Positions 1 to 9,989 of a DNA stretch of 64,000 bases are shown in pieces (the first letter of the stretch is position 1; each line of letters opens with the position of its first letter). The notes below the pieces were generated by a model. The model made no database searches, was not told the origin of the DNA, and saw nothing but the letters and a program-made list of their open reading frames with translations. Made by a program: the position numbers and the translations under genes. The stretch lies in the NCBI GenBank assembly GCA_030704615.1, contig CM060733.1:49228001-49292000 (forward strand). Direction: 5' to 3'. Origin of the DNA: Takakia lepidozioides (lineage: Eukaryota > Plantae > Bryophyta).

Positions 1-528
1 CGTGCTGGGAATATGACTCCCTCCTCCACTGACGTCCATTGAGGACTTGCCTGATCTCCAGGACGACCTCGGAACTTCCATGACCTCGTCTGAGTCGGAC
101 AGGTTGTGAACAACCCGGTTCTCGGTCGTCTTCATGGATGGGTTCGGCTCTGGATTTACTTCGTTGCGGACTTCTCTCTTTGAGGTACCCACTCTCTGAT
201 TCGCGGATTGTTTCGTGGAAGGCGCCAGGATAGACGGTGCATTTGGCGGGCAAATGAAGTCCCCAACAGCCCTGTATATGACGCTGTCCGATGGTGGAAC
301 TCGCCATTCCCTGCCATCGCCGAAATCATCGTGGAGCACAACAATACTCTCGACAACAAGGCCGTTTGAGTCCTTCCTTTCCTCCTCCAAAAAAACCGAC
401 CCCGGTTTCAGGTGGTATCGAACGCACAGATATTTCTCCATCACCCGGCAGGTGTCCCCTCTGCACGGAAATGAAGCTCTATGCTCGTGAGGAGGGCAGT
501 ACACTGTAGCGCTCGGGTTTTCCGCCAT
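1..528 (-). CDS. 5' end of MULE transposase (copy A), runs off the window
   Basis: ATG at 528, open frame to base 1 (MAENPSATVY...VMEKYLCVRYHLKPGSVFLEE...WRVPP...YRAVGD). It aligns with the N-terminus of the 12013 transposase (VLEHVLATRFQLQNGSIFLEK...WRVRPGRYRVLGE) and with copy B. Confidence 0.85.
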   Translation of the reverse strand, partial: MAENPSATVYCPPHEHRASFPCRGDTCRVMEKYLCVRYHLKPGSVFLEEERKDSNGLVVESIVVLHDDFGDGREWRVPPSDSVIYRAVGDFICPPNAPSILAPSTKQSANQRVGTSKREVRNEVNPEPNPSMKTTENRVVHNLSDSDEVMEVPRSSWRSGKSSMDVSGGGSHIPST

Positions 529-809
529 GGGAGATGTGCACACAAGACTGCCAGGATGGCGTGCGGGGAAGCTCCCTGGTAGAAGGGGGTGCAGCGATGG
601 GAATGAATGCGATGCCGATTTGTCCGAGCGACGAAGCCTGATCCAAATCCAGGGAGCCAACTATCTCAAAAATCCACAGTCAGAGTGTTAATGAACCTTG
701 TCTCCGGAATGCGGCCCCTCGTCTTTGCGCAATAACTGCCAACGGTATGCAGTCAGAAAGTGGGGGGCCGTCCGGATGATGACGGCTGAAGGGGAGAAGC
801 CGGCACCGT

Positions 810-1477
810 GCCGTCACATTACTACCCCCGAATGGAAATTCGGCACCCAATATCCAACAGAGGAAGCCCGGATGAAGTCGCCTCGGGCGCAGAGGCCGGC
901 GCGTGTGCGACAGAGAACATCCCCTGGATGGAGATTCGGCGCCGAATTTCCATCCGGGCCCCCCAAAGGGAGTCGTGTCGGGGGGTCAGGCCGAAAACTG
1001 GACGGCATAAAAACATCCCCAGATGGAAAAACGGCGCCGAATTTCCATCCGGGGCGGTTCGGATGCAGTCGGGGAGGGGGGAGTGGCCTGCACTTGGCCG
1101 TCACATTTCAACCCCCGGACGGAAATTCGGCACCGAATATCGAACAGGGGACGCCCGGATGAAGTCGCCTCGGGCGCAGAGGCCGGCGAGTGTGCGACAG
1201 AGAACATCCCCTGGATGGAGATTCGGCGCCGAATTTCCATCCGGGCCCCCCCAAAGGAAGTCTTGTCGGGGGGTCAGACCGAAAACTGGCCGACATAAAA
1301 ACCTCCCCAGATGGGAAAACGGCGCCGAATTTCAATTCGGGGCCGTTCCAATGCAGTCGGGGAGAAGGGAGAGGTCGGCACCTGGCCGTCATATTTCAAC
1401 CCCCGGGACGGAAATTCGGCACCGAATATCCAACAGAGCGGGGAGAGGCGGCACCTCTCCGACAGAGACCATCCCCC
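810..1477. repeat. ~288-bp tandem units, each with about 3 GGCGCC-centred palindromes
   Basis: ATGAAGTCGCCTCGGGCGCAGAGG recurs at ~872 and ~1159; palindrome variants occur throughout. Confidence 0.85.
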
Positions 1478-2585
1478 GGATGGAAATTCGGCGCCGAATT
1501 TCCATCCAGCAGGTAAGTGGAATCCCGGATGGATGGAGATTCGGCGCCGAATTTCCATCCAGCAGGTAAGTGGAATCCCGGATGGATGGAGATTCGGCGC
1601 CGAATTTCCATCATGCAGGTAATTCGAATACCGGATGGATGGAAATTCGGCGCCGAATTTCCATCCTACAGGTAATTCGAATACCGGATGGGTGGAAATT
1701 CGGCGCCGAATTTCCATCCTACAGGTAATTCGAATCCCGGATGGGTGGAGATTCGGCGCCGAATTTCCATCCTGCAGGTAATTCGAATCCCGGATGCATG
1801 GACATTCGGCGCCGAATTTCCATCTTGCAGGTAATTCGAATCCCGGATGAATGGAAATTCGGCGCCGAATTTCCATCCTGCAGGTAATTCGAATCCCTCC
1901 TGGATGGAAATTCGGCGCCGAATTTCCATCCTGCAGGTAATTCGAATCCCTCCTGGATGGAAATTCGGCGCCGAATTTCCATCCAGCAGGTAAGTCGGGT
2001 GGCGTATGGATATTCGGCGCCGAATTTCCATCCGCCATGTATTTCATCGCTCAGAATTACCTTCCTGCAGGTAATTCCCAGATGAGAATTACCTTCCTGC
2101 AGGTAATTCCAATCGATGCCGGTAGGATGTTAATTCCTCGTCCAGAATTACCTGCACGAAGGTAACTCTGAGCGAGGAATTACCTGCAGGAAGGTAATTC
2201 TTATCTGGAAATTACCTGCACGAAGGTAATTCCTCGCTCAGAAATACATGGCGAATGGAAATTCGGCGCCGAATATCCATATGGCACCGATCCGACTTAC
2301 CTGCAGGATGGAAATTCGGCGCCGAATTTCCATCCAGCAGGGATTCGAATTACCTGCTGGATGGAAATTCGGCGCCGAATTTCCATTCATCCGGGATTCG
2401 ACTTACCTGCTGGATGGAAATTCGGCGCCGAATTTCCATTCATCCGGGATTCGACTTACCTGCTGGATGGAAATTCGGCGCCGAATTTCCATTCATCCGG
2501 GATTCGACTTACCTGCTGGATGGAAATTCGGCGCCGAATTTCCATTCATCTGGAATTACCTGCAGGATGGAAATTCGGCGCCGAA
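1478..2585. repeat. Two 53-bp tandem arrays in opposite orientation forming a ~1.1-kb imperfect inverted repeat (axis ~2140)
   Basis: Palindrome centres at 1490, 1543, 1596, 1649 ... 1967 (period 53). 2170-2300 is the reverse complement of 1985-2110, and the unit is reversed from ~2255. Confidence 0.9.
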
Positions 2586-3125
2586 TTACCTGCGTGAGGG
2601 AAATTTGGCGCGCCACCCTACTTCCGCGGATGGAAATTCGGCGCCGGATTTCCATCCGCGCGCTTCCGAATTACCTGCGTGGGGAAATTTCCAGCGCCGC
2701 CCTACCTCCGCGGATGGAAATTCGGCGCCGGATTTCCATCCGCGCGCTTCCGAATTACCTGCTTGGGGAAATTTCCAGCGCCGCCCTACCTCCGCGGATG
2801 GAAATTCGGCGCCGGATTTCCATCCGCGCGCTTCCGAATTACCTGCTTGAGGGAAATTTCCAGCGCCGCCCTACCTCCGCGGATGGAAATTCGGCGCCGG
2901 ATTTCCATCCGCGCGCTTCCGAATTACCTGCGTGAGGGAAATTTCCAGCGCCGCCCTACCTGGCTGGATGGAAATTCGGCGCCGGATTTCCATCCTGCTG
3001 CGCTCCGAATTACCTGCAGGATGGAAATTCGGCGCCGGATTTCCATCCTGCTGCGCTCCGAATTACCTGCAGGATGGAAATCCGGCGCCGGAATTCCATC
3101 GTGCAGCGCTCCGAATTACCTCTAC
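2586..3125. repeat. ~84-bp tandem units containing GGATGGAAATTCGGCGCCGGATTTCCATCC and GAATTACCTGC
   Basis: Near-identical units read directly from the sequence; homologous array at 28770-29230. Confidence 0.85.
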
Positions 3126-3350
3126 GTTGGAAATTCCGGGACTGTTTACGTCGATTTTCATCCGACATGGAGGGCTTCATCCGACATTTAATTGCGCAGT
3201 TGGGCAATAAATGTCGACCGCCGTCGGTTATTATTCGGGCTGGCGACGCATGGCTTCCTGGACACGTACCCTAAATCTCATGCTAATCTTGGCTTAACAT
3301 GGTATTCCAGGCATGTACCCCAAAAAAGGAGATCTTTTTGGCTGGGACTT

Positions 3351-6300
3351 ATGCCGCCTGAAGGGCGTGGCTCTCCTGAGAGAGACCTCACATCCAGACC
3401 GCGGCGGAAGTTGAAAGCTCTGTACTACGGACGACGGCCAATCTCTCGCATGGCCAAACTGAAGCTCCAGCAGGAGATTCCAGTGTCTTGCTCACAACCT
3501 GCGCCAACTGAAGCCGAGTACTCTCAGGCAAGCCACTTCTGCTTTCGGTTTGTTCGATTTATTTTTTGCTTTCGCTTTGTTACCTCGCTTTGTTTTTGCA
3601 TCTTCATCCTGGCTTTGCTGTATGAGTGAACTTTAGATAGTTGAGTGAACCTTAGATTGTTTGCAATGCGTGTGCAAATCCGGCAGCTCTGGAGAAGGCT
3701 GCTTGTGCATGTCATTCTTAGGCAATGGTTGCATTTGTTTTCATTGTTGTTGCATGGCTCTCCATACTTCCTAAACTTGTTATGTTTTCATTTTTGCTAC
3801 ATGATTGTTGCTATGGTGGTTGCGCTGCTCGTTGCGATGCTGCTTTTTGCACCGATGTTGGTTTTCACGATTTTTGTCAATGACAGAGTGACGACGAGCC
3901 CGGCACGCTGGTGGTATCATCGACAGCTCCAACTCATCGCATGCGAGAGGGCAAACTTAAACCTTTTGTTGGTGGACGGGAGGACTTGCAACGAGATTAC
4001 GACAGAGTAGGCATTGGGGAGGTTGGTGCAGGCGGCATGGCAGGTGAAGGGCGTGAGGACATGAGGACAGCAGATCCGGCAATGGAGGTTGTTCATGCAC
4101 ATGCAGTAGGGCCCGCCCACGCAAAGAAAAAGAAGAAAGCTAAGCACATGCAATCCCCGGCGAGAGAGCAGTCACGGGCTGCGGAGGGGGGAGTGAGCAG
4201 TGCGCGCGAGGGTGTCAGTTCGCCTCAATCAAAGGTGGTCGTCCTGGAGGGCTCCCCTGCTGCTAGCCCTAGTAAGAAACAGAAAGCCCGTGAGAGGGCA
4301 AAAGAGAGGGCAAAAGAACAGACGAGACAGAATGCTAGCCAGGAGGAAAGACAAAAGGCAGCTGAAGAGGCCAGGGGTGCCCAAATGACAGATGCCAATG
4401 TAAGCGAGGGACACACAGAGACGGTGGATCCCTCCAAGACACCACAGAGAGGCAGTAACACACCGGTTAGACCATCGCGGGCAAGAGCAGCCCCCGCAAT
4501 TACCCATACGGTGGAGAGTGGAGGAGAGGAAAGAACACCTGAAAGAGCACGGATTGTGCAAGTTCGAGGTGAAGCCAGGGAGAGGGCAGTAGAGACGACG
4601 AGAGTGCTGGAGGTGGTTTCGCAGGTGGCTGACCCTGTTGAGGAGGACGACATGGAGCTTTCTGACCAGGATGACATCCTCCGGACATCCCCAGGCCCCA
4701 AACCCGGAGCATACAGGCTGGATTTGGCGGTCCTGGTGGGCTGCCGGAAAACCCCTCTGCAGCAGACGTCATGTCTGAGGCGGATATGAAGTTGGCCGCT
4801 GCCAAGATGTTGGAGGCAACCCACAGCAACATTGGCAGGGTGCTGGGGGGCATGGTGTACCCGGCCAAGCTTCGAATTCCCCTTTGCCGCTTGGTGTCAT
4901 TGCAGGTGGTGAGACCTGCCCTCCCAGGCGATATCGACAAGCTGAAATTCTCTTTCCGGGATGGATATCGAATGGGGTCTGCCGCGTTTTACGTTTCCAT
5001 TGAGAACGACCACGGAGCTTCCCGTGCCCACACTTCCGATGAGGTGGACAAATGGGGTCCCCATTGGCAAACGCGAAATGAGGAGTTCGAGAGATCGATT
5101 GCTAGTGATCCTCTTTTCCAGCACATGTCCGGTAAGATGTTCTACGTGTGGGACGGCAATCATCGCCTCCTGGCATGGATGGAGCACATTGCCCAAGCCC
5201 ACCCCAACGATCTCGATTGGCATTTCGCCGTCGATTGTGTTGTGCTGAAGGTTGCGGGGCCCAAAGATCGCAGTCTTCTCAAAGCTGCAATGGCCGACAT
5301 CAACTCGTAAGCTACAACCCCTCTCGCTTTTGGACTTTGAATTTGGAAGTCATTTCATTGCGAATCCTCATATATGATGAAAATTCCCATTTCAGTATTG
5401 TTTGATGGAAATGTGGCACTGCAGGGTGACTGAGAATGCCTTCATTGCCACCAACTTGTCCCATATGCTCTTCCGAGTGAAGGATGTCGGGAAGCAGGGG
5501 GTGCAAGAGTTTGCCAATTCCCTCAGTGCCGACCTCCTGCGCAAGTCGGAGGCAAAGGCAGACAGAACCTGGTATAGGCTGAGCGTCGACGCCATGGTGG
5601 ACTACATATTTCGGGTAAAGCTCCTGACAGTTTTGTTGAGCTAATCTGTCTCTCCTCCCCCAATAGAAGAAATTGTGTTGAGCAGGATCTCTAATCTTAT
5701 GTGCGCATTCTTGACAGACGAAAATACAGCAGGATTTGGCACATGCGCGGAGGTTCTACATGGAGTCAGAGGAGAAGAATCCAACCCTCCCGGAACTCGA
5801 ATCGTATGTCAAAGCTGCGGAGGTGAGGGCCCGCATAAAGTACAAGTCGCGGATGGTAAAGTACGTGGCCATAGCTGATCCCGCCCTTGGTGCCGACTTT
5901 CTGGTGGAGGTGGGGAAGCACTACTCTCGCGCTCTGAAGCCCACGATGACATTGGAGAAGCTCCATCGTCTAGCCACATCCTGTGTGGATGCAACAGAAA
6001 AGGTGATACATTCTTAACAAAATTGTGGTGGCAACAACTCCTTTTTGTGGTGTTTGGCGCTTACGAATATGCTGGGTGGTTGGACAGACCCGGTGGCTCC
6101 AAATCTGGAATGGTTCCCAAAGTACCAGGGACATGTGGAGCTTCCCCAAACCGGACAAACTCTCTGACCCCACATTCGACATGTGGATGAACCGCATGAC
6201 ATGGTGGTTTCAGGTACTTCCCCACGCTTCGTTTGGGGCTTCTACTCTAGTAGGGGGTGGATTCATTGTATTTTTTGAGGAAAGCGATCTGATGGACAAT

Positions 6301-9300
6301 CTCCACAGGTGACGACGAATGCGCAAGAGCAGCTGGACACACAAGCACATCAGTTCAAGATGGAGATATCTCCTGCAGCAGAGAGCCTACGTGACTATGT
6401 GACGAGGTACTTTCTGCTCTACAAAACCAACCTATTCTTTCGGGAGATAGCAGATGCTCGCCGGAGCCACGAGTTCACCGACCAGCCGAACGCGGACAAA
6501 GCAGCAATGCGCCTTCTGTACAGGTACATACGCGCTGCCTTTCTTTCAAGTCCTGGCATTTCAGGATGTTAGAGGCCTCAAGTGGTGTTAGGGAAAATGG
6601 CGCCGAATTTCCAGTCAGGGCTCCGAAAATGGCTAAGTCCCTAGACTGGCTGGCCCGGAACTGGAAATTCGGCGCCATTTTCCAGTTCCAGGCCCTATTG
6701 CCGTTCAGGGACTTAGCCATTTTCGGGCTAAGTCCCTAGTGTGGCTGGCCCGGAACTGGAAATTCGGCGCCGTTTTCCAGTTCTAGGCCCTATTGCCGTC
6801 CAGGGACTTAGCCATTTTCGGGCTAAGTCCCTAGACTGGCTGGCCCTGAACTGGAAATTCGGCGCCATTTTCCAGTTGTAGGCCCTATTGCCGTTCAGGG
6901 ACTTAGCCATTTTCGGGCTAAGTCCCTAGACTGGCTGGCCCGGAACTGGAAATTCGGCGCCATTTTCCAGTTCCAGGCCCTATTGCCGTCCAGGGACTTA
7001 GCCATTTTCGGGCTAAGTCCCTAGTGTGGCTGGCCCGGAACTGGAAATTCGGCGCCGTTTTCCAGTTCTAGGCCCTATTGCCGTCCAGGGACTTAGCCAT
7101 TTTCGGGCTAAGTCCCTAGACTGGCTGGCCCTGAACTGGAAATTCGGCGCCATATTCCAGTTCTAGGCCCTATTGCCGTTCAGGGACTTAGCCATTTTCG
7201 GGCTAAGTCCCTAGTGTGGCTGGCCCGGAACTGGAAATTCGGCGCCGTTTTCCAGTTCTAGGCCCTATTGCCGTCCAGGGACTTAGCCATTTTCGGGCTA
7301 AGTCCCTAGACTGGCTGGCCCTGAACTGGAAATTCGGCGCCATTTTCCAGTTGTAGGCCCTATTGCCGTTCAGGGACTTAGCCATTTTCGGACCTCATTG
7401 TGTTTTTCATGAATGCAGGTACTGTAAGTTCTCCCTTTTGGAGAAAGGTCATCTGTCTTTCGAGCCACCATTCTTCCTGGCATGGAGGAACCCTGGGGCT
7501 GACTCCATGTACACTGACGATATTGTGAAGGAGTGGCATCTGGAACATTTGCGTGATTGCCCTTGGTATGTGGACCTTCCGCCCGGCTCGCTCGACCCAT
7601 CCGAGTTTCAATTGAAGCTGGATGCTGAATTCCGACGAAACCGGGCTCCGCTGCCTCCGTTGGGTGCAAAAGAGGCAAAAGCGCTTGCGAACTCCAGGAA
7701 AGCGGCAGAGCTTGCTCAGGCAGGAATTCAGGAGAAATTGCATGAGAAGAGTAAAGGTCAAAGGAAAAGGACAAGGAAACAGGTGACTGCAGTAACACCC
7801 AAAAAGAAGAAAACCATCGGGGCATCGGAGGAGGCGCAGGAGGGGACCCAAGAGAGTGACTCGGACGACGACTTTGTTCAAGGTCCTGCGACTGCTGTTG
7901 CTCCTACCCAGTCACCGGTCGTCCGGGTTCCCAAGTCAGTTCGGAGTGGGACTGGCTCTGCCAAGAAGTTGGCATTTGAGGGCGAGCCTACACGGCGGTA
8001 TTCGGCGGTGACGTTTACGCACAGGCCAAAGCTAGAACCTCCAACCATCATCCAATGCGTCAATGAGAGCTTCCTTGACGCTCTCGCTGCCAGGGCGAAG
8101 AAGGTGGCACACAACAAGTCTCTGGCGGAGCAGAAGGGGAAAGCCAAGAAGAGGGCTGGCGGTACAGAGCCTAAAGACACCCCTGGTTTTGAAGCCATGA
8201 TGGAATTCTTCACGGCTGTGAGCACGAATTGCAAGAGCACTCGGGGGGGGGTTGAGGTGGAGAGAGCTTGCGACATGATTCTCCTCGACATTCCAGATGG
8301 GGAGCTGCTGGAGGGCCTGGATGGTGTGCCCACCTGGAACAGGTTTACTGAGGACTACTGGAAAGCCGGGTTTGGGCTGGCGGGGATGCTTCTGGATGAC
8401 GGTGGATGTGTGGTTGTCCTTGCCACGAGAGGGAAGACCACAGAGAATGCGGTGGCAAGGTGGACACCGAAAAGTGTCACCCCGGTCCTCCTCAGAAAAT
8501 GGTTCTGCATCAGTACGCAGGGGTTGCGAACAGAGGGCCAAAGTGTAAGTTATCAATCTATTGCATTCACTTCATATTGTGGTGTATGTTAAGTAGACCC
8601 TGGAATTGATCCCTTCTTTGTTGGATGTGCAGACATTGGTGTTTGAGGCATATTGCTTTGTGAAGAGAGGGTCTACGTTCAAATTCCGCAACGACGGTCG
8701 TCTTGTTGATGCCGCTGTGGACCCTGTAACCTACGATGTCCTCTACAACTATGTGCCCCACTCCAGTATGCCGAAGGACACAAAGACAGGCAAACCGTGG
8801 CGGTACAGCCGGACCCGGAGCCCTGCTTTCATCCAAACCCTCATGGAGACGTGCTCGGATGTCCAAGGGCGGATTCTGGACCTCACATGCGGCACGGGTA
8901 AGCCTTCACGTGCTCAGTTTGTCCCCTGGCCCCATTGCAATTGCATGCCGCAAGCTATTAACCGCCCGCTTTGTTCCTCAGGTGCTTCAATGTGGGCAGG
9001 GACGTTGTCCGACAGGCATGTGTTCGCCTTCGAGCCAGATACTGCCCTCCACAACTCGGAACTTGCAGCGGCTGAACGTCTGCCGAAAGAGGAAGAGGCA
9101 TCCTCGGAGGATGAGGAAAAATCCGAGAAGGAGCAGGGGGAGGAAGTTGGGATCGAGGCCGAGGAGCCCCCGGTTTACGAGTGAGTGGTGGCATTGTAAG
9201 TTGCCTCCAGATTTTGTGAGGCACCTCCCTCCGCTCTCTTATTTCATTGAAAACCCTTTCTGGTTGTGCTGGTATTGACATTCTTGAAGTGGATTTGTTC

Positions 9301-9769
9301 TTACTGTAGGATGCCAAGTACTGCCGGAGGGACGTCTACACCGGAGTTCATGGGCAGGAGGAACGTGCCTTTTTTTGCCAGGGGGGATTTCATGCCTAGT
9401 CCAGAAAGGGAGTACATCCTTCCTACTTATGCTGCCCGGCTTGCTTCGGTGTCCATTAGGAGGTGTTCCGAACGTAGTCGTGTACAGCAGATTTTAGACG
9501 AGGCAAGCCTCAAGAAAATGAAGATGAGGGAGGAGGCAGCAGCTATTAGAGCCCGTCGGGCTCGTAGATTTGTGTTGGATTCTGCTGAGGAAAGTGGGGG
9601 AGAAGACGCAGAAGATTCCCAGGAGGTGAGGTGGACAGTCCCCCAAGGAGAGGACGGGATTTTTGAGAGGCATAGTGGAACTGATGCATCACAGAGCTCG
9701 GAGGATGAGGGGGATGAGGGGGATGAGGAAGAAGGTGGGGCAAGTTCCTCGGAGGGTGTAGGAGAGTAG
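3351..9769 (+). CDS. 10-exon cargo gene: ParB/Srx-like domain plus beta-class amino (N6A/N4C) DNA methyltransferase-like domain, ~1,487 aa, one apparent 1-bp frameshift near 4675-4740
   Basis: Exons 3351-3527 (GC donor), 3887-5306, 5425-5614, 5718-6002, 6088-6213, 6309-6523, 7419-8544, 8633-8897, 8982-9180, 9310-9769, all phase-compatible. Motifs FYVWDGNHRLLAW (5152-5166), DMILLDIPDG (8287-8301) and RSPAFIQTLMETCS..GRILDLTCGTG..AG...RHVFAFE. Confidence 0.8.
4870..5290 (+). other. ParB/sulfiredoxin-like domain
   Basis: IPLCRL..VVRP..DIDKLKFSF..FYV...FYVWDGNHRLLAW...VDCVVL fits the ParB/Srx pattern (R..v..L..S, then DGxHRxxA). Confidence 0.75.
6631..7390. repeat. Intronic satellite, 8 x 95 bp, each unit a hairpin around the GGCGCC palindrome
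   Basis: Units start at 6631, 6726, 6821, 6916, 7011, 7106, 7201 and 7296: GGCTAAGTCCCT...AACTGGAAATTCGGCGCCATTTTCCAGTT...AGGGACTTAGCC, inside intron 6524-7418. Confidence 0.95.
8265..9060 (+). other. Beta-class amino-MTase-like domain (motif IV-like DIPD precedes SAM-binding motif I)
   Basis: Order: DMILLDIPDG, then LLDDGGCVVV, then RSPAFIQTLMETCSDVQGRILDLTCGTG/ASMWAGTLSDRHVFAFE. This parallels DPPY...LkpgG...KP..L...LI...S..gd.VLDPF.GSG..AA...R..iG.E. Confidence 0.8.
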
Positions 9770-9931
9770 TGCCCATTCCGGCTATGACAGTTAGAACACA
9801 CTTGTATAGACGTGGCTTGCCACAAAATTTGCAATAAAATGTTGCATTTCAAGTCCACTGGTGCCACATTCCAACTTCACATGACCCTATTTCCGTGCCT
9901 CCTAACTCTATTTCCGTGGACTCACAATGGT

Positions 9932-9989
9932 CTGCTCATGCTTTTTTTTTTCCGCTCATGCTCATGCCGCTCATGAAATAGCAGCCCCC
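9932..9989. repeat. Terminal inverted repeat of MULE copy A (cargo end)
   Basis: Reiterated GCTCATG units ending in GAAATAGCAGCCCCC; counterpart at 48455-48507. Confidence 0.75.

Larger units (their letters stand above)
1..9989. mobile_element. MULE-like DNA transposon copy A (left part outside window) carrying a ParB-MTase cargo gene
   Basis: 1-3570 is the reverse complement of 28325-30884 plus 44197-44610. The right end ...GCTCATGAAATAGCAGCCCCC (9989) matches the opposite terminus of copy B (...GCTCATGAAATAGCTAATCTC, 48507) and abuts the middle of an LTR at 9990. Confidence 0.85.

Noticed and set aside
1478-2585. CRISPR-like array (palindromic ~30-bp repeat with ~23-bp spacers)
   Set aside because: The spacers are near-identical to each other, there are no cas genes, and the context is eukaryotic TE DNA; it is a tandem repeat.
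698-3210. Many overlapping ORFs (MEIRRRISI, DGNSAPNFH, WKFGAEFP) here and at 28626-30623
   Set aside because: They are translations of the stop-poor palindromic repeat in all frames on both strands.
3351-9769. Bacterial or phage contamination as the source of ParB-MTase
   Set aside because: The gene has nine spliceosomal introns and is nested with plant TEs.
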